A stretch of 64,000 nt of DNA from a virus (IMGVR_UViG_3300017778_007091:24412-88411), one strand, 5' to 3'. Positions 35,000-45,944 are shown, counted from the first letter of the stretch. Notes: generated by a model from the sequence alone, not told the origin. Made by a program: numbers and translations.

Positions 35000-37507
35000 T
35001 TAGCTGGTCGAAAGCAATGTTGAAGGCTTATCAAGAATGACAGTCTCAACTTCAAATGGGGGATTCGCTGTGAAGACAATCGGTGACCTGTTTCTAGCAA
35101 CACCGTCATCAAAGTAAGGTAAAGATGCTGTGCTTTCTGTACTTAAGTTACAAATTCGTGTGCCTAAAGGATCAACAACGACTTCAGATGATTGTGATGT
35201 ATAGATCGAAACAACGGGAGATGAGTAGCTGCTTGATCCAAAAGTTTTAATAAAGTCAGGTATTGGGAAGTTTCTAGACTTATAAATCGTCTCTTTTCCT
35301 TTTGAGTCGATTCTTTGCTCAAGCATGTCTCTAAACTGGCCGTATCGATCATGTCTAAATGTTGCAACAAGATTTTTCGTAGTTAACTTCTTGAGCGCAG
35401 GAGTTAGTCCGATTGTGCTTAGTGTATTTACATCTAAAACAGCATTTTCATTACCAAAGCTAAAGTTTTGCATTGTTACAAACTTTTCTAATGCAAAATT
35501 GTCTCCTGCAAGTCCTGACGTTGCCGTATGAACTACTTGTCGAGGATTTGCCGGGTCTCCCATAGTTCCTGTTATGTAATTGTCAATATAAGATCCTGAG
35601 TATGACAAGCGCTCGCTAATCTGTAGCTGGTCAACTATTACTTCATGGACATCTTCATGTATTGACTTTGATGTAAGATTCTGGTTAAGGTAGTCTAACT
35701 TTTCAATTCCATCCTTAAGAAGCGTTCCATAAAATATCACTCTTGCTTCTTTTTGACTATCTGCGCCATAAATTCCAAGTGCAGGCCCGATGCCCTCGCT
35801 TATACTTGTGCTTCCGTAGCCTGGAGGAAGATTAGTACGAGACTGAGCGTTTAGAGCGCCCCGGCCAAGAGTTGTAAAGAATCCTGTATCAATTCCAAAG
35901 ATAATCTCATCTTCTGGAAGCAAAATATAAGGAGTTTCAACATAAGTTTCAGTTTCAGAAGTTACTTTATAGTAATAGCCAGGAACAGCAGAATTTTCAA
36001 AATACACACTGCCCTGCCTTACAGGGTTTATTTCTTCATCAATTTTAGGCCTTAAAATTGCTCGTGAGTCATATTGAAAATCTGTGTAGTCTATTTTCGC
36101 TTCAGGTGAAGCGTCAGCATCAGTCTTTATTAGGTAATTAATATCTCTTTCGGCGCGGGCAGTAGATTTATAATCCCACGTGCCTGTTCTGTCTATATTT
36201 TTAGTTCCTCCGGTCCAAAAATTTTGAACCCACGTATTGAAAAATTGACTTTTTCTTTCAATTGATGCCGCAGACACATTCGTAAACATCCGCTTGTATT
36301 GCTTAGGCCTGAACGTTAGAGAAATATTCTTATTTAAGGCTTTTATCTGATTTGTATCTGTTCTTGACATGTTAAAATCAAATTCGCCACCATTTTCATG
36401 TATCGGAACTGGATTGCCTGCGAGCTTAAGTGGAAGCGAATTTGCGTTATAGAAACAAAAAGATTGATTGCCAATTAACGATCTAAAACTGCTAGAGACG
36501 TCTTGAATGCTGTCCTTAATACAGTTTGCACGATTTTGCCTGTACATAAAGAAAACATGATTATCAATATCACGCCCAAACCCTTCAGGAAATGAAGACG
36601 CACCCCAGTTTATTGCTGCACCCTGAACTCTAGTTGCAACAACAGAAAAATGAACTTCAACTCTTTCAAGAACGAACGGGTGTTGAATATAGTCACTCAA
36701 TCTTAAGCACTGGCTTGATGTTGCATGATATCTTGGAGTATTTGGTGCGCCATAGACAGATGTTGGATAACCGATTTTATCATAGCCATTATTGTCCATT
36801 GTATCTGCAAAGTAAAGTGACCCTGACGAACTGATGCCTGGTGAATGTGAAAATTGCCTAAAGATATATTGCTGACCCGCTGCTATCTCAGCGCTAGCGC
36901 CGGCTTCAATAAACGATGAAGATAAATCCAGAACTGCGCCTGTTGCTGGATCTGTTACGCCAAGCTCATCCCATGTCTTGGTATTAAAATTGTAATAATA
37001 GAAACCAGGATGTGGATTACCAGCGGTAAACTCAGTTCCAACGCGAGAAAGAGCGATAGATTCTTTAGGAGTAATGTCAATGTTTATTGCTATTTGTTCA
37101 TTTGTCTTCGAAGTAAAACCTGGACATGATAGTTTTTCAAATCCAAAGTATGTGTCGCTTGATGTTGAAAAAAATGCGCTAGGATTTCTTGATTCATTAA
37201 ACGGTTTAAACGTGTCTTCTTCGAATTTTGTCAAAAATTGTGATGCAGGTGAGGGTGTCTTGACTATGCTGATCGTTCCCGTTAAAAACCCCGAGGCTTT
37301 TGCAAGAGACCCAGTGATGTTGTAGGGCATCAAGACGTTTTGATCAACAAATACCTGCGTTGTTGAATCATCAAACACACTTGGGTCGTTACCTAGCATT
37401 CTCTGGTCACTAGATCTTAAGATTGTCGGGTAAGCTCCTTGTCTATCATCATTAATCTGAAGCTGGACTTTAGGAGATATATTAAGGATTCTTGCGCTTT
37501 TGCTCAT
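35000..37507 (-). CDS. Hypothetical virion protein (835 aa)
   Basis: Long ORF in the baseplate block, coupled to neighbours by short overlaps. Confidence 0.6.
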   Translation of the reverse strand: MSKSARILNISPKVQLQINDDRQGAYPTILRSSDQRMLGNDPSVFDDSTTQVFVDQNVLMPYNITGSLAKASGFLTGTISIVKTPSPASQFLTKFEEDTFKPFNESRNPSAFFSTSSDTYFGFEKLSCPGFTSKTNEQIAINIDITPKESIALSRVGTEFTAGNPHPGFYYYNFNTKTWDELGVTDPATGAVLDLSSSFIEAGASAEIAAGQQYIFRQFSHSPGISSSGSLYFADTMDNNGYDKIGYPTSVYGAPNTPRYHATSSQCLRLSDYIQHPFVLERVEVHFSVVATRVQGAAINWGASSFPEGFGRDIDNHVFFMYRQNRANCIKDSIQDVSSSFRSLIGNQSFCFYNANSLPLKLAGNPVPIHENGGEFDFNMSRTDTNQIKALNKNISLTFRPKQYKRMFTNVSAASIERKSQFFNTWVQNFWTGGTKNIDRTGTWDYKSTARAERDINYLIKTDADASPEAKIDYTDFQYDSRAILRPKIDEEINPVRQGSVYFENSAVPGYYYKVTSETETYVETPYILLPEDEIIFGIDTGFFTTLGRGALNAQSRTNLPPGYGSTSISEGIGPALGIYGADSQKEARVIFYGTLLKDGIEKLDYLNQNLTSKSIHEDVHEVIVDQLQISERLSYSGSYIDNYITGTMGDPANPRQVVHTATSGLAGDNFALEKFVTMQNFSFGNENAVLDVNTLSTIGLTPALKKLTTKNLVATFRHDRYGQFRDMLEQRIDSKGKETIYKSRNFPIPDFIKTFGSSSYSSPVVSIYTSQSSEVVVDPLGTRICNLSTESTASLPYFDDGVARNRSPIVFTANPPFEVETVILDKPSTLLSTS

Positions 37508-38223
37508 CTTAGAAAGCCGCCGTATGCAATAGAGTCTGTGACGTAAATCGAACCATAGTTGTCATATCCTGTTGAAGAAAGCTTGTCACCAGGTCCAATG
37601 TAAGTATAGTCAATTTTCATTGAAAATTTATTGACAATATTGACATCTACAAAAGGTTCAAAGACTTTATCTTCACCTCTATAACCTTCAACAGCAACAT
37701 TCAAGAATTGATCTGTCGCATCTAAAAAGTTAGATTGGTTGCTGTTGTTAATGTTGTAAAACCATCCGAGAGTTGTGAGAGATCCTCTTATACCTCTTGC
37801 GTTAAAAGGCATCCCGGTCGGTAGTAATGATCTTTTTCCTGTATCGCTAAAGATTTCAATCTGCCCATCTTGTGCTGCTCTTCCAAAAAATGGATCATCT
37901 TCCGACTGTACAAGACCTGCTGTGAGAATACCTGCTGCAGTCGCTGGGATGAGTTGATCTTCAAAGGGTTTAAACCCGTCAAGATTCATTCCTTGACCAA
38001 AGTTTAGTTGCAGATTTTCGTGGTCAACTATCTCACTATCACCCGTTATGATGCCTTTTGAGCTCACATATGGAATATTAGACTGCAGATAGTAACGTGT
38101 TAGATTGACTTCTACACCTTGACGATACTGGTCGAAATTAATCGTCGCGCTGCTTGGCGCAGTTGTTATAGGATTGATAGGGTTTTCTATTAATCCTATT
38201 GATCTATCAATAAAAGGTTTCAT
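37504..38223 (-). CDS. Hypothetical virion protein
   Basis: 239-aa ORF with 1-nt (TAATG) and 4-nt overlaps with its neighbours. Confidence 0.6.
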   Translation of the reverse strand: MKPFIDRSIGLIENPINPITTAPSSATINFDQYRQGVEVNLTRYYLQSNIPYVSSKGIITGDSEIVDHENLQLNFGQGMNLDGFKPFEDQLIPATAAGILTAGLVQSEDDPFFGRAAQDGQIEIFSDTGKRSLLPTGMPFNARGIRGSLTTLGWFYNINNSNQSNFLDATDQFLNVAVEGYRGEDKVFEPFVDVNIVNKFSMKIDYTYIGPGDKLSSTGYDNYGSIYVTDSIAYGGFLR

Positions 38224-41200
38224 TAGTACCTCTTGAGAACTGCATTGAGGGCTGTGAGGTAAAGTGACATATTTGTCTGTGGACGCTCATTCAAGAGATA
38301 CATCCTGTCGACAGGATATCTGTATCTGTTTCTCTCAAGAACGTGAGATTCAATAACGTAATTAATGCCTAAGAATCGTGTTTTTCTTGGCAAGAGCTGT
38401 TCAATAAGCATCGTTAGAGAAGAGTCAAACCACTTAAAGAGTTCTAAGCAACGACGAGAGTCAACAGGACTTAGCAGCCTCTCAAAATAGACTTTTGAGA
38501 GTTTTTCAAGATCTGGGTAGATTTCATCATAGACAAGCGATGTCTGGCCGAGTGCATCATCAAGGAATTGAGTGTCACCAAGCAGACCAATAATATCTTC
38601 ATTTAGAGCTTTGTAAGGTGAATATTCTATTGAAAGCCTATTATCATCGTTAATTGCATACTCAGGGCCGAGCTCATAGACAGGTGCTGGAGCAGCAACA
38701 TCATCTGTCATGCTGTAGTCTGAAAGACTTCTAACTCTTACCTTGTCATCCGTCTGGAGCAGGTCAATGTTAGGTGAAATCCTGTTTATTTGAAATAGGT
38801 CATTCTTCAGAATAAGCTTATTATTTTCAAAACCTGAACCTGTTAGGTGTAGGTTATTTTGTGAGAAATCAAAGAGGACAAAGCCGCCTGTCACACTTGA
38901 ACCTGTTGTACCTTGATCTGCAGTTGCATCGATTCGTAGTCGTTCAAATGTTCCTGTCGACTCTGTGTCAAAATTGAAGTTAAATCGTGGATCTTCGACG
39001 CCTCTTGACGCGTAATTTCTTAAATGTTCAAGAGACTCTGTTTCTGTCAAATCTTTAGACCAAAATCTGACTTGTGAAAATTGTCCATCAAATGTGGTCA
39101 CAAGATCACTTCCGTAAGCATTCAAGAAGAGTGGTGATGCAGTGTCTAAACTCTGTGATCCGATCACTAAAAATGAACCCGACTTATTGTAATTAGCCGA
39201 TATATTCTGGAATGCGTCATTGGCTGAGTTACCTGTTATAGTTTCAGAGAAATATGAGGCAGTCGTAAAGTAGCTGAATGATGTCTTATCTTCGAGATAA
39301 CCACAGCGTAAGAAATAAGATGAAGACAAACTTGATGTCAAGTCGCCTCTTGTTCTTCCTGCAGCTATGTACCACTTTTCGCCATTGAAGAGATTTATGT
39401 CATTAATTGTTAAATCAAGCCTGCTTGCTGCTGCTTCTGTACTGGGCCTCGTGTATAAGTGAAGATCTCCTAAATTTGTTTGCTCATCGTGTTTATAAAC
39501 AACATTCAATAAGCAAGCTTGCGACGCAAGTGTTAGTGAAATTGATCCTGTTGACTGCAATCTTATGAGGCTCTGCTCGTTTCTATGTGTTAAATTAGGT
39601 TTGAATTTAACTAATGTCTCAATAGAAAATGATCCTGAGGTCATTAGACCGTCATTTTGATTGTTAGAGACACTTGAAGTTCCAACCAGGACAAAGTTGC
39701 CTGCAATATTAGGCACGCCAGGCTCTACACGAGATCCAGAAAGATATCCTGAAGTGAAATGAGGTACATTGCTAAAGAACCCTTGTGAGTCTTGTGCGCC
39801 TGGTGACGAAGTTAAACTACCTGACATGTCAACTAGGGCGGACGTTTCTTGTGTTTGCTGTCGTAGATTTTTGAGATTTTTTACAGAAGGGCCGCCAAAC
39901 TCCCTAATATTGAAAAAGCTTTCAGGTATAATTCCAGTTGATAAAAATGCTGATCTGATTGCTGTCCTTGTGCCTTTTGTGGTGATGAAATCACTTAAAT
40001 TAGCTAAGATTCTTCTCCATATCTGGTGTCTAACTTCTTTTAGTGACAATTTTGAGTATGAATAATTGTCTTCGAGACCTTGACCATAAAAGAACTGATC
40101 AGGCGTTGTGTTAGTAAACATGTCAGGAAGGTCAAAACCATAATATCTCGAGATGTACGGTAGAAACTTATTAATACCAAGACCTTCGTCAGAAAGATCA
40201 ACCATATTGATATTAGAGAAGTAGTCCATGAAAAGCTTGATTTCATCAAAGAATTTTGCATAGATCAATAAGAATGCAAGCATCTCTTGTGGTTTATTGA
40301 GTCTTCCTGTTCCAGGTATAGAGTCTGCTGTATATGGATTTCCAAGATTTTGATCAATTGAGTTAAATCCTTGCGATTGCGCGCCTACAACAAAGTAGTG
40401 AGGAGGTATCAGCTTCAATATGAAATTAGGATTGTCATTATCAAATGATGCTGCATCGCTTAAAAGACTTGAATTTAATTGACTTACTTGATCGTGATTT
40501 GCAAAAAGTATAGGTGAAAGATCAATGTTCTCATATGTTATAGGTTGAATAATTGACCCTGTACTTCTTAGATTGACATTGAAATTATTGATATAGGAGT
40601 GAAGCTGGTTACCAGAGTAGTCAAGAACAACTGAGTTTCCTGGATAAGAACCTGATGGTTCATTAAACCTAAAGTATAGAGCAAGCCCTTCAGAACCTGA
40701 ATAGATTTCTGTTTTTTGATATTTTGAGATGTAGTCAGCCGTTACTTGCTTTTTGTGATATCGGAATTCATCGATTGAACCAGAAAAGGTCTGACGTGGT
40801 GTAAATTGATAATCTATGCTTGCGTGAGTTGAGCCAGAACCAATGTGCAGAGACTGACCGTTAAAAATTAAGCTACCAAAATCCTGTGAATCTGATGACG
40901 TGTACATCAATAGCGAATTGATATAGACGGCGGCTTTCTTTGCACCATCTTCATCTATGGTCTGAACACATATGTGATTAAAGGCACCTTTATCAATAGA
41001 TCCTGACGCTACGATGTATGCGTCATTATTTCCAGAAGATATAAGAAAGACGCCAGTCGCAACTGTTGTACTTGACGACTGCGAGATTGCAAAAGTAATT
41101 CCTGCGACGCTTGAGAGACGCTGGAATACAACTTGATTGTCATTCACGTCACTAGGTAGAAATAATTGCATTTCAAATGCAATGCCTGATCCATTAGGAT

Positions 41201-41690
41201 CAAGTACGGACTTTCCATAATCTGTAGTGTTTAACGTAGGAAAATTAAGTGATTTTCCATCTCGAACAGTTACGTATGATCCTGCATAAGGAGAGTTAGA
41301 ACCAGAGAAATTTAAGTAACCTACGTTTTTTGGAAATAAATCATAAACGTATTTTTCGTAACCTGTCAGCTTGTCTAGAAATAGTTCAATTGAAGATCTT
41401 TCTTTATCAAATGGGAAATCATTAATTATTGAATTAAATGAAGCATCAACTTTAGCTCGTGCTGAGTTAAAGAACGTATGATTCTCGTAACTTGAATAGT
41501 CGATGTTCAATTCTTGAGTTGATTTAAGCCCTGTTCCGTCTGGGTCGTATCTAAAAGAATCCGGACTAAGTGTGTTAGTCTTTTCAAGACTGTCATTGAA
41601 GATATTTTTAACAACAACTTTTGGCTTGCTGCTAGCCCCAAGTGAGCTTTGTGATTTAAAACTCGGCCTGTTACCAGTTATTGATCTCAT
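38223..41690 (-). CDS. Baseplate wedge protein (T4 gp7 / P2 gpI-like) with two LamG-like domains
   Basis: LP...YGFDL..WRRILANL....TKGTRTAIR wedge motif; lectin-like segments FEMQLF..FNHICV..F.GSIDEFR and FSIETLVK..WYIAA..FDGQFSQVRFW. Confidence 0.65.
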   Translation of the reverse strand: MRSITGNRPSFKSQSSLGASSKPKVVVKNIFNDSLEKTNTLSPDSFRYDPDGTGLKSTQELNIDYSSYENHTFFNSARAKVDASFNSIINDFPFDKERSSIELFLDKLTGYEKYVYDLFPKNVGYLNFSGSNSPYAGSYVTVRDGKSLNFPTLNTTDYGKSVLDPNGSGIAFEMQLFLPSDVNDNQVVFQRLSSVAGITFAISQSSSTTVATGVFLISSGNNDAYIVASGSIDKGAFNHICVQTIDEDGAKKAAVYINSLLMYTSSDSQDFGSLIFNGQSLHIGSGSTHASIDYQFTPRQTFSGSIDEFRYHKKQVTADYISKYQKTEIYSGSEGLALYFRFNEPSGSYPGNSVVLDYSGNQLHSYINNFNVNLRSTGSIIQPITYENIDLSPILFANHDQVSQLNSSLLSDAASFDNDNPNFILKLIPPHYFVVGAQSQGFNSIDQNLGNPYTADSIPGTGRLNKPQEMLAFLLIYAKFFDEIKLFMDYFSNINMVDLSDEGLGINKFLPYISRYYGFDLPDMFTNTTPDQFFYGQGLEDNYSYSKLSLKEVRHQIWRRILANLSDFITTKGTRTAIRSAFLSTGIIPESFFNIREFGGPSVKNLKNLRQQTQETSALVDMSGSLTSSPGAQDSQGFFSNVPHFTSGYLSGSRVEPGVPNIAGNFVLVGTSSVSNNQNDGLMTSGSFSIETLVKFKPNLTHRNEQSLIRLQSTGSISLTLASQACLLNVVYKHDEQTNLGDLHLYTRPSTEAAASRLDLTINDINLFNGEKWYIAAGRTRGDLTSSLSSSYFLRCGYLEDKTSFSYFTTASYFSETITGNSANDAFQNISANYNKSGSFLVIGSQSLDTASPLFLNAYGSDLVTTFDGQFSQVRFWSKDLTETESLEHLRNYASRGVEDPRFNFNFDTESTGTFERLRIDATADQGTTGSSVTGGFVLFDFSQNNLHLTGSGFENNKLILKNDLFQINRISPNIDLLQTDDKVRVRSLSDYSMTDDVAAPAPVYELGPEYAINDDNRLSIEYSPYKALNEDIIGLLGDTQFLDDALGQTSLVYDEIYPDLEKLSKVYFERLLSPVDSRRCLELFKWFDSSLTMLIEQLLPRKTRFLGINYVIESHVLERNRYRYPVDRMYLLNERPQTNMSLYLTALNAVLKRY

Positions 41691-41693
41691 TTA

Positions 41694-43196
41694 TCACTCA
41701 ACCCTAAATTTTGCTGCGACATCGTTAATCAAAACGCTAAGACCATTATTTACAATCATGAAATCAAATGTGTAAGTTCTACCTCGTGGCAGAGATGACA
41801 TGTAGAAATCGAAATAGTGTGTTTGTGCGTCATTAGACGTCTTTGTTCCGTTGGAATGAAACGGAATAATAACTTCATCACTTTCAAAATCTCTCACTCT
41901 GTAATGACACTCATCAACGACAATTCCCGTGTTCTCAAGCGGAAGCTTCCTATAGACAGGAGAAAGATTGAAATCTTCAATAAACATTCTAAACCGGAAA
42001 ACTTCAGAGCTCTTATATGAAGGTCTCATATTCGTTATGTTAACAAAATATCTTTCAGGTGTCTGTACGAATGACGTTCTATTGACCTTCTTGATCTCAA
42101 GTGATCCCGTGTAATAACCTACTTTGCCATCCAGTGATGACCATATTTCTGTGAAAGTTATTGAACTTGAACCTATAAGTGAAGCTGTCAAATTTGTGTT
42201 AAAAGAGCTTACTGCAAAAGATGATGTATAGATTCCTGTTTGAAAATTATCACCTAGCTTTAGTTGTGATCCAGAGAATTCTTGACTAAAAGATCCCGAT
42301 ACAAGTCTTAGCTTTAGACAATTGTCACCTTGAACCTGTGTTGCTGACGTTCCAGATAGAATGTTTCCTGGTGCGCCTCTTTGGAAGTTATTTAGGAATA
42401 TTGATCCTGTTAAGTCAAAATAGAACAACGAGTGGTCGTCATTAATGTTATCATTATAAGTAACAACAAGTTGTGGTCTCTTAGCTGTATTTGTCGTGTT
42501 TCTAGATGCAAATCTCTTGACGAAGCGTGTTTGTGTATCAGTCTCTTGAGACCCGCTAAAAGAAATTCTAAAACCGCAGTCAGGTATTAAATTTGCCAAA
42601 GTTCCAGAGATTATTTTTGTAACATCGACATCAAGATCTTCAGTTCCTAGCGGAAAAGATTGTGTAGCATACAAGTTCACAATTCCATTTCCGTCATTTA
42701 GATTACCTGATGAGATTATATCGATGTTGTTGCTACCTAACAAGCCTTGTGCATTTGCACCTGACATATTCCAGATTGAAGGTGTCGTAATCACTGAGGC
42801 TGTTATGAAATTGCAGACGTCAAGATCTTCAAACTTTATGACGTCTCTGCCACGGCCTTCATCAAATGACTTAGATAGTGGAAAAACTATCAAAGTAAAG
42901 TTGCTAGGTGTAGTTTGACCGCCGTAAATATCGTAGAGTTTTAGCCTACAATTGAATGACGGGTCTGAGGTGTCAAGTATGGTACCTGTCAATTCTCTAA
43001 TTTGATTTAAGTCAAATTGAATAAGACCTCTTGACAATTCAATTGGCGTTGTTTCACCTTGAATAGAATTTTCGTCATAAAGCTTGAAAATGTCTACAGA
43101 CCCTGCTGCGCCAACGTTAGAGTCAACAACTCTAAATTGACCAACTATCTTATTGGTGATATAGGAATCTTTGGTAGGCTGTATGACTCTATACAT
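41694..43196 (-). CDS. Baseplate-associated protein (DNRLRE-like domain)
   Basis: KDSYI...SRGLIQFDL...CRLKLY...FASR..T..KRPQLVVTY pattern. Confidence 0.5.
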   Translation of the reverse strand: MYRVIQPTKDSYITNKIVGQFRVVDSNVGAAGSVDIFKLYDENSIQGETTPIELSRGLIQFDLNQIRELTGTILDTSDPSFNCRLKLYDIYGGQTTPSNFTLIVFPLSKSFDEGRGRDVIKFEDLDVCNFITASVITTPSIWNMSGANAQGLLGSNNIDIISSGNLNDGNGIVNLYATQSFPLGTEDLDVDVTKIISGTLANLIPDCGFRISFSGSQETDTQTRFVKRFASRNTTNTAKRPQLVVTYNDNINDDHSLFYFDLTGSIFLNNFQRGAPGNILSGTSATQVQGDNCLKLRLVSGSFSQEFSGSQLKLGDNFQTGIYTSSFAVSSFNTNLTASLIGSSSITFTEIWSSLDGKVGYYTGSLEIKKVNRTSFVQTPERYFVNITNMRPSYKSSEVFRFRMFIEDFNLSPVYRKLPLENTGIVVDECHYRVRDFESDEVIIPFHSNGTKTSNDAQTHYFDFYMSSLPRGRTYTFDFMIVNNGLSVLINDVAAKFRVE

Positions 43197-43204
43197 GTTG
43201 ATCC

Positions 43205-45055
43205 TTAAACTGCATTTCCAATGACGTCAAATGATGGATATTTTAACTCAAAAATTCCACCTACAGGAGGATTTATTAGTCCTCTTCTCGTATTATTTGC
43301 GAGATTATAAGACACTTGACTGTAAGTTCTTTCATCGACTGTGTCTATTATGTTATTAAACTCATAGCGATCAAGTGATATGACGCCGTCTTGATTAAGT
43401 ATGATGTTAATCAAGTCACTTACGACAATGGGTTGGTCTATTTGAAAGTTACCTGTTTTTAAATATTCAGAAAGCTTGTTGTTCAATGTCGTCAAGGTAG
43501 TTGTTTTATCAACATTGGTGTCTAGAACGACTGTGTACTTGAAAGTAAAATTAACAATAGCAGTATCAAGAATGTCTATTGCATCAGAAGTTAATCTAAA
43601 TTCATTTAGATACTTGGCAAGATTTTTCTTAAGAGTGTCAGGTGAAATTACTAGATATCCGCTCGAATCTCTGCTAACTATATAGAGTAATGATGATAAA
43701 GGATTTGTTGGATTTGACCTTGTTGCAGCTCTAAAAACTCTTCCTAAATTTGAAGGCATAGTATAGACTCTAGCAACAAGGTCGCTCTTAGTCACTAATC
43801 TTGATTGAGCATTTCTAAAGTTCAATGCTATATTTCTAAATTCATTAAGCGTGGGGATGTCTTCACCGCCTGACGCTTGTTGTGGATTTGTGATCTCAAG
43901 ACTTGTTCTGATTTGTGCAACTTTTGTAGGCGGAACTCCAACATTGAATTCTGTTGTCAGTGAATACACTGTTCTTATTGTATTTGCTGCAACATTGTGA
44001 TTCAATCCGCCTCCGGCTCTATAGCGAACTGTTACGACAGTATTGACAGGAGAAACCCCTAGGCTTTTTGTTTCAAGAAGCGCATTTGGATCTATTGCAA
44101 CTCTCGTGAAAGTCTTTCTGTCACCATAAAGTGTAAGTGAGACTTCACTCGGATCAGGTAAAATATCGTCATCTAGCGTATCAGCACGTCCCGAACCAAA
44201 TGTTATAGTAGTTATCGCAGTGTTGAGCGTCGTGTTTGAAATAAACCTGTAAGGAGCGGGTATGACATAGAGGCTATCGGTAACTTTATCAGAATCTTGA
44301 TTTGTGTTTTGAACTCTTTTGTAGGCAACATCATGATTTAATGAATCAACTTCATAGTACTCATTGAGATCCGAATCAATGACTCTTACAATCTCCGAAA
44401 CATTTGATTTTGAAAGAGTTAACGCTCTAAAAGGTTGAAAAGTATCTGATATATTAAAAGTTTCTGTTGTAGTTTCGCCTGACGTTATAATTCCTGTTTT
44501 TGTTATGCCGTAGTAAGAAGGGTTTCCTGAGATATCTGTTGAATAAATTGCAATATCTGCATCGAGGTCTCCGTTACTTTTTTCTTCGGCAAAATCAACA
44601 TCTTCAAGAAGTTCAAATATAATACCCGATGATGACTGAAATTTTGAACCAGCCTTGATTGTTGGTAGGTAATTTTTGCGAGGTTGGTAAATACCACTCA
44701 CAACTTCAGCTTCTACTCTAATGTAAAGATTGACATTTGCAAGTGCAGGAGCTGCTCCTGTGATCTTTACTCCAGCCTGTCTTATCATTCTTTCAATGTT
44801 ATTAGGCTCGACTGCAGTCACAAGATTGGTTTCATTAAACTGGTGATCGAGATAAAATGACATCGTGTCGCCGACGTAGGCTGCTAAGTCAACAAACATT
44901 CCGCCAACAGAAGCGTCACTAAAATCTTTTAACTGCTCTGGGTAATAAGTTTGAGCATACTGTAAAAGTGCGCCTCTAAAACCATCAAAATCTTTATTTA
45001 GATAATCTCTTGTTTTTTTCTGAAGTAAGCTTTTCTTAACGTTTATTGATGACAT
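43205..45055 (-). CDS. Baseplate wedge subunit (T4 gp6 / baseplate J-like)
   Basis: YLNKDFD.FR..L..YA..YYP....DFSDASVG.MFVDLAAYVGD.MSFYLD.QFNE; GGED.....E.R..A..NF.AQ.RLVT..D..AR. Confidence 0.9.
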   Translation of the reverse strand: MSSINVKKSLLQKKTRDYLNKDFDGFRGALLQYAQTYYPEQLKDFSDASVGGMFVDLAAYVGDTMSFYLDHQFNETNLVTAVEPNNIERMIRQAGVKITGAAPALANVNLYIRVEAEVVSGIYQPRKNYLPTIKAGSKFQSSSGIIFELLEDVDFAEEKSNGDLDADIAIYSTDISGNPSYYGITKTGIITSGETTTETFNISDTFQPFRALTLSKSNVSEIVRVIDSDLNEYYEVDSLNHDVAYKRVQNTNQDSDKVTDSLYVIPAPYRFISNTTLNTAITTITFGSGRADTLDDDILPDPSEVSLTLYGDRKTFTRVAIDPNALLETKSLGVSPVNTVVTVRYRAGGGLNHNVAANTIRTVYSLTTEFNVGVPPTKVAQIRTSLEITNPQQASGGEDIPTLNEFRNIALNFRNAQSRLVTKSDLVARVYTMPSNLGRVFRAATRSNPTNPLSSLLYIVSRDSSGYLVISPDTLKKNLAKYLNEFRLTSDAIDILDTAIVNFTFKYTVVLDTNVDKTTTLTTLNNKLSEYLKTGNFQIDQPIVVSDLINIILNQDGVISLDRYEFNNIIDTVDERTYSQVSYNLANNTRRGLINPPVGGIFELKYPSFDVIGNAV

Positions 45056-45059
45056 GTCA

Positions 45060-45560
45060 TTATCCTAGATTAGTCATTTGAATTTCAAGACGGCGCCTGT
45101 CAATTCCTAACTTTGCAATAGAAAAAGTAACAACCAGCGTAATCTGGCTTGTGCCATTGTTAAGTGCAGGAGACGAGAGAACATCAACTGAATCGATGCT
45201 TATGTAAGGCATGTACTTACCTGTTGTTAGACTAATCAACCTCGTCGCTTCTTGAATCCAGTCTTCTCTCGCGGTTCTCTCTGATAATAGAGACTTAAGG
45301 TTAGCGCCAAAATCAAACTTAGCCAATCGATCGCCGTGATTTGTATACAGCATATTCTTAAAGTTGTCTACAACTTGTATTGAAATATCTGTAGTCTGGT
45401 TAAACAGTGTCCCATTCAATTTAGGCGGCGCTAGCGGTGTAGTAATGCCATAGACAATAGGAGAGTCTGTTTTAACATCATCAATTCTTTGATTGATGAC
45501 GCTACTTCCCTTGAATTTTCTTGTAGTGACTTCGGGTGTTGTTGTTTGTGATGCCATCAA
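45060..45560 (-). CDS. Baseplate wedge / sheath initiator (T4 gp25-like)
   Basis: DNFKNMLYTNHGDR...DFGANL..LL.E...KYMPYISI; ATAATTA motif at 45564-45570. Confidence 0.88.
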   Translation of the reverse strand: MMASQTTTPEVTTRKFKGSSVINQRIDDVKTDSPIVYGITTPLAPPKLNGTLFNQTTDISIQVVDNFKNMLYTNHGDRLAKFDFGANLKSLLSERTAREDWIQEATRLISLTTGKYMPYISIDSVDVLSSPALNNGTSQITLVVTFSIAKLGIDRRRLEIQMTNLG

Positions 45561-45596
45561 ATCTAATTATATTGTCACTAAGGTGACCTAGTTCGG

Positions 45597-45944
45597 CTAT
45601 TTCACAAAACCCGAGTTTCTTAGTACAAATGATGCAGGTATGTTGCCTGATGCAACAACAGCAGCAATTGCAGTATTTAATTCAACGTCGGGAACCAATA
45701 TTTTTCCTTCAATATTGTCAGCAACTGTGCTGGCACCTAACGCAGCTCCTGCATCTGATCCGACAATTAGGACTTTAACCTCAGCATTTTCTTGAAAATG
45801 CTCTATCACAGATTCAGCTATTACCTTAAATAACTTTTCTTTCATTTCTGAGCTATTAGATGTATAAGGTAGTCCAAGTATAGCTGATGCTTTTTGGTCC
45901 ATTTTCTCTACAAGCTTCGCTGGGTCAAGAGCCATATCAGTCAC
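45597..45944 (-). CDS. Hypothetical protein between spike and gp25-like genes
   Basis: 115-aa ORF with an 8-nt overlap with the spike gene; position suggests a spike/hub accessory. Confidence 0.6.
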   Translation of the reverse strand: MTDMALDPAKLVEKMDQKASAILGLPYTSNSSEMKEKLFKVIAESVIEHFQENAEVKVLIVGSDAGAALGASTVADNIEGKILVPDVELNTAIAAVVASGNIPASFVLRNSGFVK

